Shown piece after piece: positions 36,370 to 48,000 of a DNA stretch of 64,000 nucleotides. This stretch comes from Tubulanus polymorphus. Taxonomy: Eukaryota > Animalia > Nemertea. Position numbers and translations under genes: made by a program. The number at the start of each line of letters is the position of its first letter. Position 1 is the stretch's first letter. The stretch spans positions 9,084,485 to 9,148,484 of the forward strand of contig NC_134027.1 of the NCBI RefSeq assembly GCF_964204645.1. The letters run 5' to 3'. The notes beneath the pieces were generated by a model, which worked only from the letters and a program-made list of their open reading frames with translations, had not been told where the DNA came from and did not search any database.

Positions 36370-38970
36370 TTAATCTGCATTTGGCATTCCATTCATATTC
36401 GTAGCTAGGGGAGACCGTTGCCCGGGCCGTAAACCCAGTGATTTATTTCCCTTCAGAAATTTGGGAATTTGCCCGGCACTTTCGTTATTAGCAGCGCCTA
36501 GCAGCTTGTTGGTGCGTATTGGCATGGCCTCCGTCGATCGCATCAAGTCCGAGCAATCATTTCCCGATTTCATCATATCGACTAAAGTCTCGATGTTCCT
36601 CGCCGACAGGCTCAGATATTGTCCACCGACGGCGCACAACGGGTCCTTGCCGGTGGTGATTTGCGATTTAAGATTCGGCAACTGTTTCAACAGTAATTCC
36701 AGTGCCAGTAAACGTTTTCTGGCTTTCTGATTGAACGAGCACACGGGCCCGCAAACAACCGGTAAAATAATCATGTCTTCGTGTCTAGAATAAAAGAAAA
36801 ATAAGTACTTTCAACTTTATTGAATTCTCCCATCATTTGAATCAAATTCATCACAATCTTTACCCCTTTCTTATTTTTCTCTACAGTCCCGAGGTTATGT
36901 GAATAACACTCAAATAGTAAAAACAAATAATAATATTTCATTTTTTTCCATTCTAAAATGCCTAATATAAAAAGTTGTTATTGGTAATTTTTCCCTTCGC
37001 CCTCCCGTATTTATTGAAAAAAGTAATTTTAAAAAGGCACGAGTAAATTTTTCACCCAACCTGTATTCTGGATCGTCGAGGATACTATGTAGTTCATTCA
37101 GAGCATCCATGGTCAGTCCTGAGTGATGGAGTTCCGGAGCTTCTCGGACATCGCGCGTGACCTAATCATAAAAACCGCCGTGGAACTAATGAAGGTGGCG
37201 ATTATCAATTCCTCGCCTAAAGCAGCGATCATGCGGCGACCATTCGGGCCAAATTGGCACGGATCAGACCCGGTTCAAATTTGGCCCGTGTCTAATTGGA
37301 GAATCCTTCACGTAAACTGCGATATGAAACCAAAGAGAAGTGAGACACTTCCGGAACCAGTTGCAATTCACACGCAGTGATTTGACACGTGTTAAAATTT
37401 GGCTCGGGTCTGTTCCGACGTTTTTGGCCATGGCCAAATTTGGCTCCGGCCAAAAATGCTCGTGTGATCGCGGCTTAAGGATACACCACTTCCCAGTAAG
37501 GTGCACGAGGTAATGCACGAGGCATTTGAAAACTGGAGCTATATACACTATAGCAATATACTCGGCCGAAGAAAAAATGATACAGACCTCCTTATGCTTT
37601 TTCTTTTTAGTGCGTATTTTCTTCTTGGTTTGAACATATCTTTTCGCGTCAGATCGTGGATTTTGCACGGCCAGTGGTCGACGAAATAGATTCGCCTGAC
37701 TTCCTTGTAATGCCCCAATATCTTTCTCGCGCTCGTCCCCCGACAAGGACGAGCAACTACCACCCTGGGATACCGAATCCCAGGTATCTATGACGACAGA
37801 CGACGATGAACCACCACCGTAGCGACAGCCAGTACTTTCCGGTCGAAATTTAGTAATTGAGGGAAGTCTTGACGAAGAAGTAGCTACGTTGCGTTTGCTG
37901 CGATACGTCGGACCAGATCCACACCGCCAAACTCCAGAATTCGAAGGGTTTTGCCTCAAACTGGTCACGGATGTAATCTCAGCTACAAAAGATACCATTA
38001 TCGAGATATCACCATCAAATGAGAATTACATGTTGGGGTGTGCGCGAATTACACAGGCTGCGTACAGTGTAATGCTCTCCAATAATTTTGTACAGTGATA
38101 CTAGGCCAACCCCCGAAGAATCAGTGTAACTAGGACATGCCCAACTCGGACTTTCGATTAACTCGGATAAAAACGAAATCACTTTTGAAATTTTCCAATT
38201 TATCTTTCCTATATTCAACTCAGACTTCGCTTAACGTGGACCGATTTTGCTGGTCCCAGTTTGTCCGAGTTAGGCGAGGTTTACTATGTATTATTCTTCC
38301 AAGAATTGGAGGTTTCAACTTCAGATATATCTACCTTGCTTGTGTCTGCATTTTTGGCTGTCGGTTCCGCCGTCGATCATTCGAAGCGCTATCTCGTGAG
38401 AACTGAGGTGAACATACGAGCCTTGGCTTCGTCTGGCGCCGTTGGTCCTGTAGATATCTTCGATCATGTTTTGCACTCGGCGACTCAGCGGTTGTTTCTT
38501 TTCGTAGTCGAACAAGCGCGATTTAGATTGAATTTTTGATCGCCGCTGAGATAGCGAAGCCGATGAGCTGTGAAAAAGTTGGATAACTTCATTAAGATTG
38601 GCATAAAAGCTATCAATTCTATACGAAGGATGTTTCAGTTCTTGTACGAGTTTGTATGTAGTGATTGGCCGGGATAACTTTTACGTAAACGGTTTAATCT
38701 TAGTTTTATCTTTTAATCAGGCATTCAGTGTTATTCAAGGTTTTGGTAGGTTTTTAGATGGCCCAACCAAAAAATAGACTCCGTTATGAATTCTATTCTT
38801 GATAGATAAAATTTAATTTAAATCTTTAAACTCTGTATGTGGAGTTTTGAACTCCGGTCTCCACGTCTGAGTGAGGCTATATGTTCTACCCCTATATTTT
38901 CATCAAATAACGGGCACACGTAACTAACCTCAGCGAAGCGTTACTCGAGTTTCCACCATCAAATGATTTC
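36370..38970 (-). pseudogene. Multi-exon pseudogene, possibly a TIR/SEFIR-like adaptor; exons ~38929-38970, 37061-38567, 36370-36784
   Basis: GT-AG introns at 36785-37060 and 38568-38928. The long exon has at least six in-frame stops, frameshifts and a MITE. Restored frame: KEVCIIFSSAEYIAIVYIAPVFKCLVHYLVHLTGKWCILRRGIDNRHLH*FHGGFYD*...EYR|HEDMIILPVVCGP. Confidence 0.7.
37221..37475. mobile_element. PIF/Harbinger-type MITE inserted in the pseudogene exon
   Basis: TAA TSD (37218-37220 and 37476-37478); AGCAGCGATCA and TGATCGCGGCT termini; internal GGGCCAAATTGGCACGGATCAG shared with 53970-54092. Confidence 0.85.
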
Positions 38971-41076
38971 TGTCGTGTGGTTGAAAATGAAAAAAAAAAA
39001 CGATCTCATGACGGCACAAAATATGAATGTTTATTCGTTTACTGTTAAAATAAGTGATCGGGATTTCGATGGATCTGATTCGTTGCAGAAATCATAAATC
39101 AACGTTTATCATCAAGCTGTGTAACTGGGCAAACAAGGTAACGGAGTAAAAATATGAAAATTTCAGGGGCCAGTTGCTCAAAAGCTGAGTAGAGTTAACC
39201 AGTGGATAGTTAACATGATATTCGTGACAATTAAAAGTTCATTGTTACTATGGTATTTATCCACCGGTTATCTTTAACCAACGTTTTGCCCCAACTGGCC
39301 CCAGATGTAAAATTGTTCGCTTACTAATTTAACGTGGCTTTGGGTTTGAGTCTCGTTTGTTCGGGATTTTTTTCTTCTCGTACAACCACCAGACTCCAGT
39401 TTTTGTTCGCTGGTTTTTCTGGCAGAAGAACGCTCGACGCTATTTCATTGAGAAATGAAATTAAAAAATAACATCATACGAAGGTTTTACCTACCGGTAC
39501 CTAGTAAATGATAGGTTTAACAAGAATTTTTCAAAGTATGGGCTTTGCAATGTTGTCATTATCTGTAAGTTAGACCGTGGACTCTAAAACGAACTTCGTT
39601 TTTTAGTTCATGGTTACGTTCGATCTGTTTTCGTCTTCTCGGAATGATAAAATTCGATTACTTAATATTTTCCAATGTCCCACGGCATGGGTTGGAACTC
39701 CTAGATTTACCCATGCAATAAAAGATATTCCATATTAAGGTTTAAAAATGATACCTCATTTCTCCTAATCGGCCGGAACAACTGTAATAAAATGTGTTAT
39801 CAGTTCATTTCTGCTTCCGGGCTGTTATGGTTAACCTGATTCTGATTTTTAAAAAAAAGTAATATTAGGTACAGGGTAGGCGGCCTGGTCAACTTAAAAG
39901 CTCAATAGACGGAGAAACAAGGTATCAATTTTTAGTCTAATATGATGCAAGTTTAATTCCGTAGCTCAAGCCAGGCATTTCGTCAATTAATTTACCTGTT
40001 AGCCATTGTGAAAAATGTCCTCCCCAAGAAGGGATGCGATTAATTGTCTAATTCCCTTAATTACATGCTGTTTGATCACCTCTTGCCACGCGAGTCATCT
40101 ACTGGTTGCTAAACCTGTGTGGAGTGTCGGGTTTCCAAAGTTTCGGTTGTTACGGCTACTCCATGGCAACGATTTGGATGAACTAAATACCATGTGACCA
40201 CAATCCACCCCCTTCCGAATTCCCCGTGTAAGAGCAGAACTTTCCCTCTGTTCTGTTGAACGGTAGTAGGAAAGACCAGAGAATTATTATCTTGGCAGAC
40301 CCTAAGTAGTAAGGTAGCTCAAGTAAATATCCCGACTATCCGTTTATGTATTTTCATAGGAATTCTAAATTGGCCATATGAAACGAAGATTCTAAATTTC
40401 TGAACGCAACCATGCGGAGACAACCAAATTCCTTTCGCGGGAAAAACGCGCAGGCGAAATAAACGACATTTTTTTGTTTCCCAGAGAGAAATTAGTTCCG
40501 TGTTTTCCAGAATCGTGGTCACCGTGAGTTACATTAATTTACACCTAGGTCTACGTAATGGTCGATGAGTGCACATATGAAATGTAGACAAATGTTGGAT
40601 ATGTAGCCCTAGAATATTATAACATGCTATCCCTAATCTTACGTAACTACGTTTCAACGTTTATCATTTTTCTATAATAGAAAATAATACTCCTCGGATA
40701 GAAAATAATACCAAGTGTTATCCAATGAGCTAGCCAGTAATCTTCATATTTGGTAGGGGGCTGAAATGAACAAAACTCGCCACTTTCCACTCAAAATATC
40801 TTCAGGAGCCATAGGGAAGGAAGACCAGGCAATTTAGTTACTTCGACAATACAATGCGTTTCCTTCTTACTTTCACAGCACTTTTCAAGCTCTTTTTGTT
40901 CAGTTGTTACTAATCCTTCTTTAACGATCTAAAGCCAGATACTCTCGGCCATCACAATGATTTCAATAACACCCAACAATAAAAAGTTTGTATTCGTATA
41001 TTTCTTAAACTTCATTTTATTTGAAATGAAAACAACCAATCTCAGAAAGTAGTCATTGAATTGATTTATCTTAATA

Positions 41077-44000
41077 CTATTTCTTTCGTTGTAAGAAGCC
41101 CATTACGGCTTTGAAACATTCCTCTGATTGCCATCGTTCTGTGAGTCTCACGCATTCAGCCTTGTTAACGCGGTGTAGAATATCTCGGTCGGCATCGCGA
41201 ATCAAAATCTTTGAATATTTCATACTCTGAAATGTACAATATCATAGTCTTTGTTGGTACCGAGTGCATTTAAACGAAGATCAATATCGTACCTGGTATG
41301 TCACGTCAATGACTACTTAGGGCGTAATCGCATAGACTTACCTGCTTCGGGAATCCTGCACGCTCTGCTAGTTTGGCTTCCACTTCTCTGTCGAATGAAT
41401 CATGAGGGAAGACTTCGGTCACTAATCCAAGATCACAAGCTTCCTTAGCTGTAATCATTTGGTTGAACAGCAAAAGTTCACTGGCCTAAAAAAACGATCA
41501 TCCATACAGTCAATTCTACTTATTCTGTTTCTGATGGACCGACGATTTCGGTAAGGTACATTTCTATAAATGCAGCATTTTTAAAGATGTTTATTTCTTC
41601 ATCAAATGAGTGTTGTTGATACGGAGTTTGTACTTTTTCCTGGGCCGATTTTTTATCGATATTTGAAATCTAATCTTTATTTGTCGAAGCAACACTTGCC
41701 TGGCTTTCGTAATATCAAGATATAATGATAATATGGAAGACGGCTTACAACACTACTAATACAGGATATGTTGTTTTTTAACTACTAACCTTGGCGATAC
41801 CCATGAGTTTTGGGAAAACATAAGACGAACATCCTTCTGGCGATTGTCCCAGTGCACTGAATGGCGTATGAAATGTAGCCTACAAATATAATGAAGACAT
41901 GAGTTACTCATTTCGATGTTTGTCCAGCTTTTGATAAATTCAACACAGTACAATGTGCATAGAAATAGTATTCATTTCCAACCAGCAGAGCCAATATGAC
42001 GCTTTTTAGGTTTCAATACAGTCGAAGTAAATATTTCTACAGTGGAACCCCTGTTTAACAACCTCGGATGCAACAATTTTTCAGATATAAAAAACCTAGA
42101 ATTTTGTCCCAGATATGGCAATATCAATTATTTTCACACTGGATATAACGAACTATCAGTTACAACAAACAAATTTTTTGGTTCCCTGAAGCTCATTGCG
42201 ACGAGGTTCCACTGTTAAGATGATGGGTAGACCTTATCAGTAGCGTATACTGCATCGAATAAGCCGAGCACGGTAACACTGATTCCAACTGCTGGACCGT
42301 TGATTTTTGCGATTAATGGTTTAGGGTGATCTATCATTGAAGCGACGAATCTCCTAAAAATAAGAGAAATAATAAGTTACCAGTAAGGAATATTCCATCT
42401 GACCCCTTTGTTTCATTCTGTTGCAAATTCAACGAGGCACCATGTGCGAATATATTCAAAAGGACACTTTTGTTAAGTGAAGTAAAGTTTGCAATTACAG
42501 TACACAATCATTTCTTTCACTGCATGGATGTTGATATCTTGGGAAAAACGAAAGCTGAATACACATACTCTAATATTTCTGCGCCCTCTTCTGCCTTAGC
42601 TTTTACATTATCTGGTGTGATATTGGCAAAGTTTTCTAAATCATTACCGCTACAATAGAAATCGCCTTTACCTAAAATGATTACAAAATATTTCGATATC
42701 TAACTCTCACTGGTGGTTAGAACAGTACACTGGGTTATCCCAATTCCTACGAGATGTGTCCTATGAGAATGCCAACAATCATTGTCAATATGAAGCCTAT
42801 AGGTTGAAACCTACTTTCCTCACATTCTTCAGACATGAACAAGATCGGATGAAACTAAGATGGCCGCTGACTGCATGAAAATCAACTGATCCAAAAAGCT
42901 GTTTAACTCAAATTTCAATGCAATTCAACAAACCATAAAGAAGCAAGAAGACGCTTACCAATTCAGTACTGAATGACTTTTTTTGGAACAAAAAATGGTC
43001 ACCTGTTATAACTGTAATGGCTGTTTTAGTGTCATTAGCTGCATCCTGTAATGCCTGAGTCCATTGATCATACATCTGTGTAAATAAACTAGACTAGTAA
43101 AGCGAATTGCGTAAAGAATTCACCCAGTAACCTTTCGGGTTATTCCTCAGAAAGTCCTTTGCATACAAGCACTAAATACATGAATAGGTAACTCTTACTT
43201 GAGTGGTTATTGCATTCTTTTTTGCTGGCCGGTTTAGAGTAATACGAAATTGATTGTTTTCAGCTGTGACTTCGATGTCTTGATACTTTGAAGAATCTCC
43301 GCTTTTAGTGGTTGTAGCAGCAGCTGGTTCTTCAGATCCGGCCAAATCATTCACGAGTTTGATATAAGCTGCCATTGCATCGTCCTGGAATAAGAATTAA
43401 TTAATGGAAATCAAGGGACATAACTGACTTAAGTAGAATATCTTACCTTGGACATGTCACCCAAGTTATTCCAGGCTTCCCATTTTACTTTTCCCACAAA
43501 ATCCATCATGCCTGGCTTCTTCTTCGTATTTTTGCCTTCGGTGGCCTGTACAAAAAGACTGCATGTAATATTACACCATTACAATAATCTCTAAGGCAAG
43601 GCTCGATTCATACAGTTCTAGAGAGTATCTTCTCAGGATACAAGCTCCTCCAGTGTCGGTATCCCATGTAAAACTTTAGTATCCCTATTTGCCTTTAAAT
43701 TTCTTTTCACGAAAATACAGTAAAGAATTGAATCAATATGATCCTCTTTATGGTGAAATCAGAAAATTTTTGTATCCTTCAGGATAATTTCATTTCAATA
43801 TTTAGTATCTCAACAAAAAATCTCAGGATACTGTCAAGATTGAGCCCGGTTAGGGTGCCAGTAGGTTAGAAATTGTGAGTGTGGTAATTTGGCCAACCTG
43901 TTTGAAAAGTGAATAGATCTGCAGTTTAACGTCATTTCCGGGATCTTCTTGAAGCGTGTTCAGGCGATCTTTGGCAGCTTGGAAATCTTCATTAATACCA

Positions 44001-44786
44001 CGAAGCACATAACTTGAGCAGAAACTACGTCTAGCCAACCCTGCCAACTGTGGAACAGCACGCCTACTTATCCTAAAATGAATACCAAAAAACACAAGTG
44101 GTTAAGAAACGACCTTAAAAAATTCTGCTTCAGTTTTTAGTTAGGTCTACTCAACGCAAATCTACTACATTTTGCATGTAATGTTTGCATACTCGCAACA
44201 TATCATAATGCCATGATGGACTAGGGATCGTTGGGCCAAATGCCCCAAAAGCTTTTAAGGTTAGAAACATACCAGGTATGTACTACCAATAGCTAGGACA
44301 CCTGACGTCCTTTAAAGTTTAAATAGACTTGTACTGGTGTACTGTTGCTAATACACCAACACTCAACAGGGAAAGGCCGGGTGAATACAGTGAAATTAAG
44401 TGATGGACTGTGCTGACGATCTTAACACTGTAAGGTTAGAGTAGCTTAGATCGTCCAATACTGCATGATTTTAGTTACAGTATGAAATGTAACTTAAATC
44501 ATCCAGTATGACGTTCCTCACCAACCTCTGGGCTCTGTGGTTGCTTGTAAAACATATAGCTGTCAATAAAATTGCATTGAATTTGACTACTCGGTTATAT
44601 TTCTACCGATCAGGGTCTGGATATGATGGAGATATCAAGTCAATTTCTGACTTCAAACAAATAAACCTATCGAGGGCTGTGTCCCGCATCGACTGACAAC
44701 AAATAAAACGAGCGTTATTACCCGTTCAGATGCGATACATGTCGCAGGATTACACCTCCCGAAAGTAAACCGGCGGAAGCTGCCAT
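41077..44786 (-). CDS. ECI2: Enoyl-CoA delta isomerase 2 (acyl-CoA-binding domain plus crotonase domain), 10 exons
   Basis: Arg-rich presequence; ACBP motifs [18 protein letters not shown] and [16 protein letters not shown]; crotonase motifs [37 protein letters not shown] and GQSPEGCSS. Ends GFLQRKK*. Confidence 0.95.
42040..42214. mobile_element. Tc1/mariner-pogo type MITE in an ECI2 intron
   Basis: TA-CAGTGGAACC ... GGTTCCACTG termini. Confidence 0.65.
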
Positions 44787-45048
44787 CTTGACAGCTGGTA
44801 GAGTATACACAGGGAAGCGAGTGTGAGATTGAATTTCGATTCAAAAATCTTACACCGTTTGCGAGTGTAGAAATAACAAATGATAGCAGCAGAATTTACA
44901 TATGATTTTATTTAAACGCAAAGATAAGATAATTAATTGATGTAAAACAATTTTAGGAAAATAATGGCTCAAAAAGCGGAATCCTTTTACGGAATGCGCC
45001 CCGGACTATATAATCCCGTGACGTCATTTTCGTGAAAATCTCTATACA
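44787..45048. promoter_or_regulatory. Putative ECI2/CDYL bidirectional promoter
   Basis: 262 bp between divergent ATGs. Perfect CRE TGACGTCA at 45019-45026. YY1-like AAGATGGC overlaps the ECI2 ATG. Confidence 0.65.
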
Positions 45049-48000
45049 ATGGAGGATGATCCGAGTAGGGCTGCTGCTGAAACTATTTACGAGGTACGCG
45101 TAGCACACGCGCATTTTCGCTTCGTCGTTGACTGCTGGTGTTTTTATTCTATTCCATATCAAATTGCCCAGCTTTTATCATTGGTGTTGGTATAGCTATA
45201 TACGTCTAATTCTACTAAATAATCGCTCGCCGTGTGCATTTTGATTTGGCTCTTTTTGAGATAAAACTTTTTTATCAGTCATTAATAATAAATCATGAGA
45301 TTGATTAGATTAGATCCGCTCTGTTGATTTTTTTTAGCTGTCTCCATCAAATAATGTTTTCGCAGAAAATGACATTCATTTCACATCCATCCACTCATAG
45401 CGACTTGTCAATTTATTTACTTTTATTTTAGTGAATTCCTACTCACTATATTATTATCCTCTGTATTTGAAAGGGCCTGTTGCCGTTGGCCTTCTTCATT
45501 GAATATATTTTTGTACCTCATTATTTTCAGCATTTAACTAATGAACAGAGTTTTTCTTTTTAATTTATTCACGCTTTATCATTTGCCAACTGCATGTGCT
45601 TTCTGCTGTTTACATTATTTTTCCATCTTTGTGCATTAGCCTAACTACCTTTTCGCTTGAAGCATTACACAGCCGATGTTCGCTGTTCTTAACATTTTCC
45701 AGGCTGTTTCCTATCAAACCACACGAATGAATTATTCAAGAATATGATGGACGAACATTAGAAATACGTAGAAGAGCTCATTTAAACTTTGTTTCTGGTA
45801 AATAGCACAATTTTCTTACAAAGTTTTCCGAGTTGTCGCCTCTGTTCAGTATTTTCTCCGTTTCTAAGCTAAGCATTTTGCGAAAGGTTTTATTGAGTTC
45901 GTCTCTTATTACTAATAAAAGAAAAAAAAGGAACTTATCGTTGAAAATTACATGCCACGCCCAGACTACACCTATAACTCAGTGTACACAATAACCTTAA
46001 ACCTAGATAGAAATGATAAGCATTTCCACAACCACATGATTTAGCATTATCCTTTATCACGCACTGCATGCATGTTCATTATTAATCTGATTCCTACCGT
46101 ACTTACAAAGCTGATGTCACATATGTCCATTTGTGCAATAATTAGAGGAATAGTTCATTAATGAGAGACCCAACCTTGGTGTCATGAAAAAGTTAATTAG
46201 ATGCCTCCATTATTTGATATTAACAGTACCCCCCGTATAATATACCATACCACTGACTAAATTGGTAGGGCCTATATGAGTTGTCTTGTCAGTGACTAAG
46301 CTGTGGTAAAGTTTCATGATTGGACAATGTCACAAACACTGCATGATTATACAATATTATAAAAAGCTTAAGGATAGGGTCATTAAGATAAGGAGTTGTG
46401 TTTCATGTTGTACACTACACTTTCATTCAATGAGATGCCATTTAATTTTCTATCAAAAACTGTAGTATAAATCTTCGGTAATGCCACTGTTTGGACCAAT
46501 GAAAATGATTTAATCTATTCTTAATTTTCTTGTGAAAAACTGGATTGATTTTCCAACAAGTAAATGAATGTGACTTGTACAACATTTATATAGACCTAGT
46601 TCAGCAGATAATAGGCTTAGATCTTGTTTTTTGGGTCTCAAAAATTATGTCATATCTGCAAGATATAATTGAAAATGTGACACCATGAATATCTGGGCAG
46701 GTCATATTGGTGTCAGATCCTATCTGCCTTTCGGAATTATTCTAGTAGACCTGTGAACATATGTGAATGGGCTAACATTAATAAATTTCACCTTTGCATT
46801 ATCATCATATCATTTATCATTGAAATGGGCTGCGTGGTTTCTTAACATTTCATTGGCTAACTTTTTAGGCATTTGTTTGGTATGGCAGTGCATGTCTGAA
46901 CATAAAATATATATATATATATTTCATCTATGTGTTTTTAATGTAATCACTTTCTTTAGATTGACGACGTGCTCCAAAAGCGTATTGGCAAACTTGGTAA
47001 ATTGGAATATTTGATTAAGTGGAAAGGCTATGAGAAAAAGTTTAACTCTTGGGAGCCGGGAGCTTCCTTGTTGAACTGTGGAAACGTGCTGAAAAAGTTC
47101 AAAATGGCGAAAGCCTTGTCGATTACGAAAACTGCCGGCCAAACAAAGGCTAAACAGTTAAAAGTAAAAGCACTGAAAGCTGGCATGGTTACGAAAAGCT
47201 CCATTCCTAAAAAACGCAAAATCATACCGACAACAAAAGCTAAAGGCACAAACATTATTAATTCGATTGCGAAACGAGTGCCGATGAATAAACTAGCAGG
47301 ACTTTTACCGGAGAAAACGAAGAAAGCAATAGCAAAAGTTAAAAAAGACACTGTGAAAAATAATGTTGTAGTCAATACAAATCTAGAGTCTCATGTTAAA
47401 GAAGAGGTTACGACAGATGTAGAACAAGTCACCTCGGCTAGTGTTGATGATCTACAGTCTTTAAATAATAGTAATAATAATTTGGATAGTGTAGATGGTA
47501 GCTTCATCTCCATTGAGGAAACCTCTTCAGAGGCTGAAGATGTAGGTGATCACAAAAAAATCAGTGATAATAACGCGAGTAGTATTAGTGGCAATAAACC
47601 TAGTGCTAAATCATTTGCACAGAAGCGGGCTTTGAAAGACAATCGAGCACGCTATAAGTTGAATCCGGCTGCTCTGCGCGAGTTAACGAGACTTGTTGCC
47701 GATGAAAAGGGTAATGCAGATGCCCTGAAACAGATAAACAAACTGGCGAGTAGCACGAAATCGGGATGCGTCAGTTTGAAAGCGTTAACCGAGCTCGTAA
47801 CGAAAGAGGCGGAACTGAAAGAGCGCACTCGCAAACGGAAGCGTGAGGCAAATGCCGCTGCAGCTCTAGCCGCGAAAAAGTCGAAGCCAGCAATGGCCAC
47901 AGCTCGCAAGAAGAAACCTGCAGCCACTGTCGGGTCGTCGGCAAAAAAGCAGCTCACTGGTCAGGCACAGAAACAAAAGTCATCGCCACCTAAGAGTACT

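Noticed and set aside
37219-37493. An intron with a mutated GGAAGT donor
   Set aside because: Better explained by a MITE with a TAA duplication whose removal restores the frame.
37061-38567. Stop-codon reassignment or selenoprotein explanation for the in-frame stops
   Set aside because: The stops are a mix of TAG, TAA and TGA, frameshifts and a MITE are also present, and neighbouring genes use standard stops.
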